A stretch of DNA of 64,000 nt, from contig CAWDPO010000006.1 in the NCBI GenBank assembly GCA_963804165.1, positions 64,001 to 128,000 of the forward strand, written 5' to 3'. Under the pieces are notes generated by a model. It was given only the letters and a program-made list of their open reading frames with translations, was not told where the DNA came from and made no database searches. The first letter of the stretch is position 1. Every line of letters begins with the position of its first letter. This document shows positions 39,394 through 49,312 of this stretch, in pieces. A program made the position numbers and the translations under genes. The stretch is from an uncultured delta proteobacterium. Lineage in GTDB: Bacteria > Desulfobacterota > Binatia > UBA9968.

Positions 39394-41321
39394 CCGAGCA
39401 CAATGCCTTCCGGCCAGTATAGACCGAGCAGTCGGCTCATGAGCAGGGTCACACCGACCACAACACCGGTATAGATGAGGGCATGAAACCAGCGCATTTG
39501 GACCCAGCCGAAAAGAAAGCCGAAGGTAAAAACCGTGGTAGCGATGCCGAAGCCGAATAGCAAGATCAGCAACAGATACAAGACGAGTGAGAAAAAATAG
39601 CCCAGCGCCAATCTGGTTTTCTTTCTCGTTTCCGCTCCCGGCGCTTCCGTAGTCGCGCGCACTTCCAAGACGATCTGCGCCGCGGCCATGAAAATCGCCG
39701 GGATCGTCGCCGCCATCGGAAAGATGGCGCCCAGGTGGGGAAACTCTTGCGCCTCATAAAGCGCCGCCGCTGCGACCAGTAAAACAAGGACCGTAAATAG
39801 CACCGACGGTAGTTTTCCCAAGAGCACTGCGCCCTCGCCTGACTCCTCGGCCGCGATGTCGTTGCCTCTGCGTCTGTGGTGGACAATCCAGCCGATGGAA
39901 GCGATGAGCAGTAGACCCAGAGCTAAAACTCCGGGACGCCACAGCCAAGCAAAATCGTAACGGCTGATCGATAGCCACAGATACTGTTCTGTCGGTTTGG
40001 TCAAAACGAAGCCGACGAGAAAAGGCGCACGCGGCCATCCCAACTGTTTCATGAGCCAGCCGAGCAGGCCCAGGCCGAGCATGGCGTAGATATCGCCGAA
40101 CTGCTGGGAACTCTGAAAGGCGCCAAAGAAAATCGTGACGACGACGGCCGGAGCCAGTCGGTCGAAGGGAATCCAGGTGAGTCGCGCCAGCGCCGGGCTC
40201 AAAAAAAGACAGAGCGCGGCGCCGACAGTGTTGGCGATGGCGAAGCTCCAGATAATAGTAAAAATCAGATCGAGGTTTTCCTGCACCATGCGCGGGCCGG
40301 GCTGGATGCCGTAGAAAAACAGCGCGCCCAACAGGATCGCGGACGGAGCGCCGCCCGGAACGCTGAACAGCAGCGTGGGAATGAAATCGCCGGCCTCGAC
40401 GGAATTGTTGGCGCTTTCCGGGCCGATGACCCCGCGAATATCGCCCTTGCCGAATTTTTCACGGTCGCGGGCCATGGCGACCACGTGACCATAGGCCATC
40501 CACGAGCCCGCCGTAGCGCCGATGCCGGGAAGGATTCCCGCCCACACGCCGATGAGCGAACCGCGCACCACGATGCCCCAATGTTGCATCACGTCTCTGA
40601 CCCCGTGGAGCCAACCATGTCCTAACGGGATTCGCTCGGCGATCTTGCCGCCTTTGGCCAGCAGATCGATGATCTCCGCAATGCCGAAGATTCCCAAGGC
40701 GACTCCGACCAGGGGAATGCCGTCGAGCAGGTAAAGCTGGTCGAAGGTATAGCGATTGACGGCATCTGCGGGAGCGGAGCCCACGCTTCCCAACAACAGC
40801 CCCAGGCAAGCCGCCAGCCCGCCTTTAAGCGGCGCGCCGCCGGTGAGAAAGCCGGCAAAGGAGAGACCGAGAACGCAGAGCATCAACAACTCGGGAGAGC
40901 CGAAGAGCAAAACCAGAGGCCGCGCGATCGGCAGAGAAAGAGTCAAAAAAACCGCGCCGATCAGACCGCCGATCAACGACGACAAAAACGCCGCGCTCAA
41001 GGCTCTGGCGGCCTGGCCCTGCTTGGCCAGCGGATGACCATCCAGAATTGTCGCGGCGGCCGCGGCGGAACCAGGAGTGCCGATGAGCACCGAGGTGATG
41101 GTGTCGGAGGTATGGACCACCGCGAGCGATCCGACCAGCAGGATCATCGCCGAGTGCACGTCGAGCGTATAGATGAAAGGCAGCAGGATGGCGACGCACG
41201 CGATGCCGCCCAGGCCGGGCAGGATACCGATGACCGTACCGGCGAGCACGCCGGCCATCAGCATGCCCAGATGAAGAGGGTCGGCGAACCTCTCAAGCGC
41301 GATTAAGGCGGCATCCCACAT
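39390..41321 (-). CDS. tctA: Tripartite tricarboxylate transporter permease TctA with fused C-terminal TctB-like segment
   Basis: GTPGS..ATILDGHPLAKQG, GPESANN; extra ~4 TM helices ending LYWPEG. Confidence 0.9.
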   Translation of the reverse strand: MWDAALIALERFADPLHLGMLMAGVLAGTVIGILPGLGGIACVAILLPFIYTLDVHSAMILLVGSLAVVHTSDTITSVLIGTPGSAAAAATILDGHPLAKQGQAARALSAAFLSSLIGGLIGAVFLTLSLPIARPLVLLFGSPELLMLCVLGLSFAGFLTGGAPLKGGLAACLGLLLGSVGSAPADAVNRYTFDQLYLLDGIPLVGVALGIFGIAEIIDLLAKGGKIAERIPLGHGWLHGVRDVMQHWGIVVRGSLIGVWAGILPGIGATAGSWMAYGHVVAMARDREKFGKGDIRGVIGPESANNSVEAGDFIPTLLFSVPGGAPSAILLGALFFYGIQPGPRMVQENLDLIFTIIWSFAIANTVGAALCLFLSPALARLTWIPFDRLAPAVVVTIFFGAFQSSQQFGDIYAMLGLGLLGWLMKQLGWPRAPFLVGFVLTKPTEQYLWLSISRYDFAWLWRPGVLALGLLLIASIGWIVHHRRRGNDIAAEESGEGAVLLGKLPSVLFTVLVLLVAAAALYEAQEFPHLGAIFPMAATIPAIFMAAAQIVLEVRATTEAPGAETRKKTRLALGYFFSLVLYLLLILLFGFGIATTVFTFGFLFGWVQMRWFHALIYTGVVVGVTLLMSRLLGLYWPEGIVLG

Positions 41322-41339
41322 GGGAAGGGGGATTGGGGT

Positions 41340-41427
41340 AATTGGAATAATGGAGTGTTGGAGTATTCGGTTTTCACCAGCATCATTCCGTTATTCCACC
41401 ACTCCAATACTCCAATCCATACTCCTA
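41340..41427. repeat. Inverted 8-bp tandem repeat array (TGGAGTAT / ATACTCCA)
   Basis: ttggaataatggagtgttggagtatt facing ttattccaccactccaatactccaatccatactcc. Confidence 0.75.
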
Positions 41428-41439
41428 TCGATCATCCGG

Positions 41440-42543
41440 CTAGTCGAATTTCACGCGATACTTCTTGCCCACCCACTCTCTGACGAAGCGTTGGGTCTCG
41501 GCGTCGATCTGGAAAGCTTGTTGGATGGTTTTTTCCAGGCGATCGCCGCGCAGCAGCGGATAGCCGCCCAAGACCTTGTCGGTCTTGGTTAGAAACTCTT
41601 TATCTTTCTCGAGCCGGTCGGCCGCCGCGTAGAAAACCCGCAGCACCTCCGCCGGGGCATCCGCCTTGACCCAGAGAATTTTCTGCACGGCAAACGCCGA
41701 AGGCATAAAGATTTTGTAAGTCTCCCAGAATTTGCCCGAGGGCTTTTTGCCCTTGATCTTCTCGTAGACTTCGGGGACCGTTGGGAGATCGGGAACCGCC
41801 GGATCGCGGACGATGTTTCCGCTCTCGTCGAGCTGGCCGAAGCTCATCAGCGGTATGGCTTTGCCTTCCTTAATGAGCGGCACGACAGTGGCGTTGTAGG
41901 CGGGCGTTGTCTGGTAGTCGATGTTGGTTTCACCGCGTTCAAACGCAATCCGCGCCTCGCCTCTGCCCTTGAAACCAAGCACCCCTTTTGTATCCGTCTC
42001 TAAAAGCTCGAAACTGATCAGCGGGATGAGATCGAGCCCGATGGCGCTGATGCCGCCGTAAATGAGATCCTTGGTTTTAGCGAGATCCTCCACCCTTTTG
42101 ATGCCCGCGGCCGGAGAGGCGTACATCACGCCGCCCACCGGATTCACCAGTAGCGGCTTCCACTGGCGAAAATCGTACTTGGCCGCCTTGTCTCCCAAGC
42201 AGTACGGGAAAGTAATTGGTTGCCGAGCTGACCAAGAGTCATGAGGCCATCCGCTTTGGCTTTGAGGGCAAACTCCATCATGCCGGGGATGCCGCGACCG
42301 CCGCCGATATTACGGAAGTTGAATTTGGGGCTGCCGGGAATGTTTTTTTCAAGATACGGTGCGATCGTGCGGATCCAGATATCCGACCCGCCGGCGACGG
42401 GAAACGGAATGATGACTTCGATCGTCTTGCCCTCGTAGTACGGGGCTGCGCCCAGGGCATGGGTCGGCGAGTGCCACTGGTAAGGCAAAGACTGCGAACC
42501 AGCGGCCGAGCGCCAGATGAGTTTTGAAACGGAACTTTTCCAT
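41440..42543 (-). CDS. tctC: TctC-like substrate-binding protein (frameshifted)
   Basis: YYEGKTIEVIIPFPVAGGSD, ADGL, AFERGETNIDYQTT spread over ORFs 42349-42732, 42144-42488, 41440-42198. Confidence 0.85.
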
Positions 42544-42788
42544 AGTACCCCCCTTCAAAACAGGTTCTTCTCCCATACTGTCTCGGGTCTCTTCAGTCAA
42601 GAACGAAAACTCAGCACTCAATATCCGCGAAAGATCTAGACCTACGCGCCTGTTGCGCCCGCGAGAAACATGAAAGATAAGCATCTGTATGCGATTGGAT
42701 AATTGCGGGTGAGCACGTTTCAGTTGATCCAACTCGCTGCATGGTGACTAGGCCGCCAACCAAGCCATAAGCAAGCGGAGAGGACACG

Positions 42789-44200
42789 ATGGCGAGCGAA
42801 AAAACGACCGTGAAACCCTTGGCGCAGACGATGGCTGAATTTACCTTTGCGCTTCGCTACGATTCTATTCCAGCGGAAGTGAAGTCCGCGGCGCGACGCC
42901 ACTTGGCCGACACCATGGCGTGCGCTCTCGGCGCAAGCGACACAGCGTCTGTTCAGGCACTCAGGAAACATGCGATCGCGCAAGGCGGCCGCGCCGATGC
43001 GACGATCCTGGGCACGGCGGAAAAGGTCCCCGCCGGCCTGGCCGCGCTGGTGAACGGCACAATGGTTCGCTATCTAGACGCTAACGACATCTTCGTCTTG
43101 AGCCGCGGCGGGGCCTCGGGCCACTTCAGCGACGGTACGGCGGGATTCCTCGCTCTCGCCGAGCGCTATCGGCGCAGCGGGGAGGAATTGCTCACTTGCC
43201 TGGTGGCGTCCTACGAACTGCAAGGCGCCTTGGCTGAATCGCTTAATTTCTGGCAGCGTGGTCTCCATCCTTTGACCAACGTCGCGTGGGTCGTGCCGAT
43301 CGTCGCCGCTCGTCTCACCGGCGCGACGACTACGGAAGCTGTGCACGCGTGCGGCCTCTCCGTTGCGACCGGCACCGTGCTGAATATCTGGATCAGACCG
43401 GCAGAAACCATCCCGATGATCAAGAGCGTTGCGGTCGGGTTGGTTTTGCAGCGCACGCTAGAGGCGGCCGAGTTGGCTGCGTTGGGCGTGACTGCTACGG
43501 ACAATGCGTTGGAAACAGTCATTGAGAGTTTAGATTCTCAGCCGGGCTCTCGATTCGATCCGGCAGCAATCGAGAAACTTGGCCAACGCTGGAGCACGGC
43601 TCGGAACATGATCAAGCTCTATCCGGCGCAGATCAACACGCAGGCGGCCATCGAGGCTACCGTAAGCCTCCATCAAAGCGGCATCCGCGCCGAGCGAGTG
43701 CGAAAACTCATCCTCCACGGCCATCGCAATGTCTGCGGCGGAGTGCAGGGCTCGCCGCAAGCTTTTGCGCCGTCAAGTCCGGAGGCGGCGGACCACAGCA
43801 CGCCTTACGTGATGGCAATGGCTCTGCTGCGCGGCCGGATGACGCTCCACGAGTATAAAGATTCACCCTGGGAAACATTCGAGGTAAAGACTGTGATGGC
43901 GAAAATCGAGCTGGTGATCGATCCTGAAAGGGACAGGGCTTTCGACATCGAGGGTTGCTCGGCGTGCGGCTGGTGGCCGAACTGAACGATGGGCGAACCG
44001 AAGAAATCGTCGTGCGTCAACCGAGAGGTCATCCGGAGACGCCGTTGAGCGAGATGGAGCTGCTCGAAAAAATGACTTGGCTTCTGCAAGCTCCGGCGCC
44101 CGCGCTTAAGCCACAGCGATTACTCGACCTTTGTAACCGCCTCTCGACCGTCGAGGACATAGTGGAACTCATCGACTGCTGTCGCGTCGAGCAGACATGA
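42789..44200 (+). CDS. MmgE/PrpD family protein (frameshift near 43955)
   Basis: AALVNGTMVRYLDAND, GHFSD, KLYPAQ, ADHSTPY, PRGHPETPLS. Confidence 0.88.
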
Positions 44201-44371
44201 GCCTTCGCTTGCACCTCGTCCGCCATTGACGGGCACTGTGGCGCCGTATTATGGAGATCTCGTCCTAGGATCTAACAAACCCTTGATCTCGAACTGTGAC
44301 GAAACCGCGAAGAAACAGAGGACTCGGAGTACTCGTCTGCCAAATCATTGCGATGATAAGGGAGAAGACCC

Positions 44372-45490
44372 ATGATCCGCAAACATCGATGGCAACAATG
44401 CTTGCTGATGCTGGCGGTCGCCATTGGCATGTGCACGCACCCGGCACGCGCAGCCGACGCGCCGAGCGAATGGAGTAAAATTGTCGAGGCCGCCAAACGC
44501 GAAGGCAAAGTTGTTGTCGGCGGTCCCCCTACCAGCGTGCTCCGGCAAAAGTTCAAGGAAACTTTCGAGAAGCGGTTCGGTATCGAGTTGGAGCTCCTCT
44601 CCGCCCCCGGCCCGCAAAACGCGTCGCGGGCCATATCCGAATTCAAAGCCGGAGTGAAGTACTTCGATGTGCTGCACGGCGGCTCGGGCACGCTCGAACC
44701 GCTGGTGCGCGAAAATATGCTCGCGCCTTTCATGGACTTTGTCATTCTCCCCGACGTCAAAGACCCGCGCCAATGGTGGGGCGGCCACATGTGGGAAGAC
44801 AACATCAAGACCCATCGCTTCATCTATTCTTATTCCGCGGATTTCTCGACCCCGCCGTTTTACAATGCCGATTTGGTCAAACAGGACGAAGTGAAATCGT
44901 ACGACGATTTTTTGCTACCCAAGTGGAAAGGTAGGATCGGTTTCTTCGAACCGCGCATTCCCAGCGCCGGCCAGGGCCTTTGGGGATTTTTAATGAAGAT
45001 CAAGGGCAAGGAGTTTTTGCAGAAGCTCGCCAATCACGAATTATTCATCAGCCGTGACGGCAAACAGCTCGCCGACTCGATGTCCAAAGGAACCCTCGCC
45101 TTCAATCTCGGTCAATCGCAGCGTTTCATCGAGCCCTACATCAAGGCCGGTATTCCGATCAAGCCGTTGAACAACATCAAAGAAGGTCTGAGCGGCAGCA
45201 ACGGCTTCGGCACCGTGGCGATCATGAAGAACGCTGCGCAAGTGAACGCGGCAAAAGTCTATATCAATTGGTTGCTCGGCAAAGAAGGCCAGGATCTCTA
45301 CAGCCAGGCGCTCACCCAAGGCACGCGCCGCCTCGATGTTGACACCAAGTGGCTCGCAAAATTCGACTCAGCCGCGGCCAAGGATGTCATGACGCCGGAA
45401 GAGTTCGAGAAAGTCCGCTTCTATGGCGAAGACATCATCAAAAACTGGCGCGAGCCCGGCGGTGAATTCGCGCGCCAGATCCTCAAATAA
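44372..45490 (+). CDS. Extracellular solute-binding protein (orphan paralog of 1099-2325 type)
   Basis: Signal peptide; EAAKREGKVV, PKWKGRI, NAAKVYINWLLGKEGQ. Confidence 0.88.
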   Translation: MIRKHRWQQCLLMLAVAIGMCTHPARAADAPSEWSKIVEAAKREGKVVVGGPPTSVLRQKFKETFEKRFGIELELLSAPGPQNASRAISEFKAGVKYFDVLHGGSGTLEPLVRENMLAPFMDFVILPDVKDPRQWWGGHMWEDNIKTHRFIYSYSADFSTPPFYNADLVKQDEVKSYDDFLLPKWKGRIGFFEPRIPSAGQGLWGFLMKIKGKEFLQKLANHELFISRDGKQLADSMSKGTLAFNLGQSQRFIEPYIKAGIPIKPLNNIKEGLSGSNGFGTVAIMKNAAQVNAAKVYINWLLGKEGQDLYSQALTQGTRRLDVDTKWLAKFDSAAAKDVMTPEEFEKVRFYGEDIIKNWREPGGEFARQILK

Positions 45491-45546
45491 CCGCGATCGC
45501 CGCGGTTAATCGATTGATCGCGATGTACGCGTGATGCGTAACATGC

Positions 45547-45570
45547 GGACACGGCACGCCGTGCCCCTAC
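45547..45570 (-). repeat. GTAG-type REP
   Basis: GGACACGGCACGCCGTGCCCCTAC. Confidence 0.7.
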
Positions 45571-45622
45571 AACGATCCTTAGACTGCCTCGCTCATTATC
45601 CATTGCCTAAGAGGAGAATCGC

Positions 45623-46339
45623 ATGCGCTACGAACTGTACTATTGGCCGTCTATACAAGGCCGCGGCGAGTTTGTTCGTCTGGCGCTCGAAGATGCCGGT
45701 GCGGACTATGTCGATGTTGCGCGCAAGCCGAAAGGCATAGCGGAAATGATGCGGCTGATGGAGAACCGGTCCATCGAACGCCCGCCCTTTGCACCGCCGT
45801 TTCTAAAAGCGGGCAAGCTCCTCATCGCCCAGACCGCCAACATTCTTTTTTATCTCGGCCCGCGCCTGGACCTCGTGCCCAAGAGCGATCCGATCAGATT
45901 ATGGGCGCACCAGTTGCAACTCACCATCGCCGATTGGGTCGCCGAGGCGCACGACACCCATCATCCCATCGCGGGCAGTCTCTATTACGAGGATCAGAGA
46001 GACGAGGCTAAGCGGCGCGCCGCTGATTTTACCGCCGAGCGTATCCCAAAATATCTTGGCTACTTTGAGCAGATACTCAAGCGCAACTCGAAAGGCGACG
46101 GCTATCTTCTGGGCAGAAAAGTTTCTTACGTCGATCTCTCTTTGTTTCAAATGATCGAAGGTTTGCGCTACGCGTTTCCGCGCGCCATGGCGCGACTCGA
46201 ACGCAAACATTCGCTGTCGATCGCGCTGCACGATCGCGTCGCCGTGCGGCCGCGATTGGCCGCGTATCTCTCATCGGAACGCCGCATCCCTTTCAATCAA
46301 GAGGGCATCTTTCGCTCCTATCCCGAGCTCGATGGTTGA
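45623..46339 (+). CDS. Glutathione S-transferase
   Basis: YWPSIQGRGEFVRLALE, PFAPP, IAQTANIL, SYVDLSLFQ. Confidence 0.92.
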   Translation: MRYELYYWPSIQGRGEFVRLALEDAGADYVDVARKPKGIAEMMRLMENRSIERPPFAPPFLKAGKLLIAQTANILFYLGPRLDLVPKSDPIRLWAHQLQLTIADWVAEAHDTHHPIAGSLYYEDQRDEAKRRAADFTAERIPKYLGYFEQILKRNSKGDGYLLGRKVSYVDLSLFQMIEGLRYAFPRAMARLERKHSLSIALHDRVAVRPRLAAYLSSERRIPFNQEGIFRSYPELDG

Positions 46340-46395
46340 GCATTGCCAAAGCCACTGATTGGGTTAGATTGAAAACTAACCAAGGAGGTCCAATC

Positions 46396-47055
46396 ATGGC
46401 AATCGAACTTTATTGGGGCAGTGGCAGTCCCTTCGCGTGGCGCGTCATGCTCGCGCTCGAAGTGAAAACGCTGGCGTATGAATCGAAGCTCATGGAATTT
46501 TCCAAGGGCGAGCACAAGACGCCCGCCTATTTACAGCTCAATCCACGGGGCAAGGTACCGACCCTCAAAGATGGCGACTTTGCGGTCTACGAATCAATCG
46601 CGATCATGGCTTATCTAGATCGCAAATATCCCGAGCCGCCGCTCTTCGGCAAAACGCCGGAGGAAACGGGTTTAGTTTGGCAGACGATATCGGAATGCGA
46701 ATCCTATCTCGTCGGCGAAGGCAACAAGGTCGTCCGGCCGATCTTTTTCGGCAAGGGTTTGGACAAAGTCGAAGAGATTCAACAAGCGGCACAGACGATT
46801 CGCGAAGAGCTAAAATCTGTCGATGCGCGCCTCGCCGGATCGAATTGGCTGGTCGGCGGGCAGATCTCCGCGGCGGACATCACTGTTTTTCCCCTGGTGC
46901 AGTTGCTCTTACGCGCGGCATCGAAAGAGGCGGCGCAGCCGCTCAATCTCGGGTTGATGCCGCTATCGCAAACTTATCCGAACCTCGCCCGGTGGGTTCG
47001 GCAAATTGAAGCTCTACCCGGCTACGAGCGCACCTATCCACCGCACTGGCGATAA
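46396..47055 (+). CDS. Glutathione S-transferase family protein
   Basis: GSPFAWRV, LNPRGKVPTL, YESIAI, SAADI; AGGAGG RBS. Confidence 0.93.
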   Translation: MAIELYWGSGSPFAWRVMLALEVKTLAYESKLMEFSKGEHKTPAYLQLNPRGKVPTLKDGDFAVYESIAIMAYLDRKYPEPPLFGKTPEETGLVWQTISECESYLVGEGNKVVRPIFFGKGLDKVEEIQQAAQTIREELKSVDARLAGSNWLVGGQISAADITVFPLVQLLLRAASKEAAQPLNLGLMPLSQTYPNLARWVRQIEALPGYERTYPPHWR

Positions 47056-47092
47056 TAAATCCGATCGTCGATTCGGTGACAGCGGAGATCCC

Positions 47093-48067
47093 ATGCACCG
47101 TCAAGCGGAATTGTTCAAGCGCATCTTCCTCGTTTTCTTCGCATTACTTGCCGCGCAAGGCGACGCCGCGGAACGCGCCAAGCTCACTCTCGGTTATTCC
47201 AGCACCGGACCGACTGGCGTTGGATTGTGGGTGGCAAAGGACATCGGCGCTTTCGACAAATACGGCGTCGAACCCAATCTTGTTTTCATTTCTTCGGGCC
47301 CGGTGATGGTTCCCGCGTTGATCGGCGGCGACGTCCAGGCCGCCGTCGCCGGGGCGAACGCGGTGATCGCGGCGGTGCTCGGCGGCGCTCCGATCGTCGC
47401 GGTGGCGAGCCTTGCCAACCGTCCTTACCTTCGACTTTGGGTTCACCCTGAAGTCAATCGCGTCGAAGAGCTACGCGGCAAGACTTTCGGAGTGTCCCGC
47501 TTCGGCGCGACGACGGACAACCTCACGAGAATTCTTCTGCGCCGGGTCGGCCTGGAAAACGCGGTGACCATTCGCCAGCTCGGCGGCACCCTCGAAGTCG
47601 GACTCGCCTTTCGCCACCGCCAAATCGACGGCGCGGTTCTCGCTACTCTCCGCACCGATGCACCGCATCGAATTCTGATCGAGCTTGCCGAATCCGGCAT
47701 TCAATACTCCATGGGACAGCTTGTTGTCTCGCGCGATTTTCAACGCCGGTCGCCGGACACTTTGGAGAAGATCCTGCGTGCTTATATAGAGGGCGTCGCG
47801 GTGTTGCGCGATCCGAATCAGAGGGAGCGCGTCTTGAAGACTATCGCGCGCTACACACGGCTCAAGGAAACCAAGGCCATCGAAGAAATCTACAGCGACG
47901 CTTTCAAATACGTCGACCGCGTTCCGCGTGTCGACGCCGACGCGGTCTCTACAACGCTGGAGTTCATGGGCAAGAAAGGCCTGCCGATCGAAATCTTCGC
48001 GGACAATTCCATAATCGATCGGCTGGTGAAGGAAGGATTCATCGATCAGGTTTATAAAAAGCGCTAG
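47093..48067 (+). CDS. NitT/TauT-type ABC substrate-binding protein
   Basis: Signal peptide; FDKYGVE, LRGKTFGVSRFGATTD, DNSIIDRL. Confidence 0.88.
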   Translation: MHRQAELFKRIFLVFFALLAAQGDAAERAKLTLGYSSTGPTGVGLWVAKDIGAFDKYGVEPNLVFISSGPVMVPALIGGDVQAAVAGANAVIAAVLGGAPIVAVASLANRPYLRLWVHPEVNRVEELRGKTFGVSRFGATTDNLTRILLRRVGLENAVTIRQLGGTLEVGLAFRHRQIDGAVLATLRTDAPHRILIELAESGIQYSMGQLVVSRDFQRRSPDTLEKILRAYIEGVAVLRDPNQRERVLKTIARYTRLKETKAIEEIYSDAFKYVDRVPRVDADAVSTTLEFMGKKGLPIEIFADNSIIDRLVKEGFIDQVYKKR

Positions 48068-48238
48068 TGTCCTGCTCAGAAATCACAACATAAATCGATC
48101 GTCATTCCGGGCAACCCCGGCGAAGGTCGGGGGCGACCCGGAATCCAGGAATTTCAAAACATCTGGATACAGGCTTTCGCCGGTATGACGGCTAGGCGTG
48201 ATCAACTTATTCGTCGAACTTCTGGGTCAGGACACTAG
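48064..48238. mobile_element. 175-bp MITE with terminal inverted repeats and internal palindrome
   Basis: CTAGTGTCCTG...CAGGACACTAG; internal GTCATTCCGG...GGAATCCAG / CTGGAT...CCGGTATGAC; supplies the TAG stop of the upstream SBP gene. Confidence 0.75.
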
Positions 48239-48246
48239 CTCGGGTC

Positions 48247-49128
48247 CTAACAATTACAGCGCAGTGAAAATTCTTTTTCTTTGTCGAATAGCGATTCGCC
48301 GACAGCCTGGTGATCGGTGACGTGGCGTGCGACGGTGCTCAATCCATTGCGATACAAGTCTTTTACGATCTCCTCCCAGTCTCGACGGCCGTCGGCAAAC
48401 CATTGAAAAGGCAGCTCGACCATGCGCCAAATTTCATCGAACCGCGGTGCCGCTGTCAGCGCCGCGCGCAAGATTTCGCGCTGGAGCTCCGGCTCATTAG
48501 GTTTTCCTGCTGGGCAGCCGAGCGGAAAATCCAAAAACACCGCGCGCGGCGGTTTAAACGCCATGCTGACCTCCCACAGTGTGCTCATCGACAGTGTCGG
48601 CAACCCTCGCGCTTCTAAAGCTCTGGCGATCAGTCCGACGGACCGATGACAGGCAGGTCAGAAAGGAAAGAGAAAAACTAGATCGACGCCCTGGGTGTCA
48701 AATTCTTCTTTAATGGCGGGAACCGTGGTCTTGAGCAGTTCGGTAAACTTGGCGATCGATCCGACCATCGAAACCGCCCGGGGAGCGAGGCGGCCGATGA
48801 CACCTTCGGCTTCCAGCTCGATCAAGCGGTCACGCGGAAAAGCAACATTCAGATCTTCGAGCGCCCAGCTTCGAACCGGAGTCTGGTGCGCGACCGTCAG
48901 CGCCGAGTAAGGAGTCCCACGATCGATCAGCCGATAGGACAGATCGTTGGTTTCATTCAAACGAACGTCGTCGCGCAATTGAACGCCTGCGCTGGTGAAG
49001 ATGCCGATCGTCGATTGGGCAAGCGGCTTGCGTAACGGCGTGAGGCGAGGCGGCGTGAAATTGGGCTGCCGGGGATAAGGCTTGGGCGCCATCAGCTCGG
49101 TCATGAACTGCACGTAGCCGAACGGCAA
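48247..49128 (-). CDS. PrdB/GrdB-like selenoprotein (in-frame TGA at 48660-48658 read as Sec)
   Basis: ORFs 48658-49128 and 48247-48603 are in frame; read-through gives LFPF-U-PACHRSVGLIARALEARGLPT (UxxC); FTSAGV, DLNVAFP and FPLGCPAGKP motifs typical of selenoprotein B family. Confidence 0.88.
48629..48647 (-). promoter_or_regulatory. Candidate bacterial SECIS hairpin
   Basis: ATCGGTCC-GTC-GGACTGAT stem-loop starting at the 11th nt after the UGA, G first in loop. Confidence 0.7.
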
Positions 49129-49312
49129 AATGATCTCCTCGCGTCGGAATTTGCTATAACTAACCCCAATCGAAGGCGCAAGTAAATCAATTCTTGCGTT
49201 TACGTCTAACCGGTTTCTTTCTCCTTGACTCGCCGTTTACGTCTATCTTACTTTAAGCTAGAGTCGCGCGGGCGGGGTGAAGCCCGGCCGCGCGCAAGAC
49301 AAGGAGTAAAAT

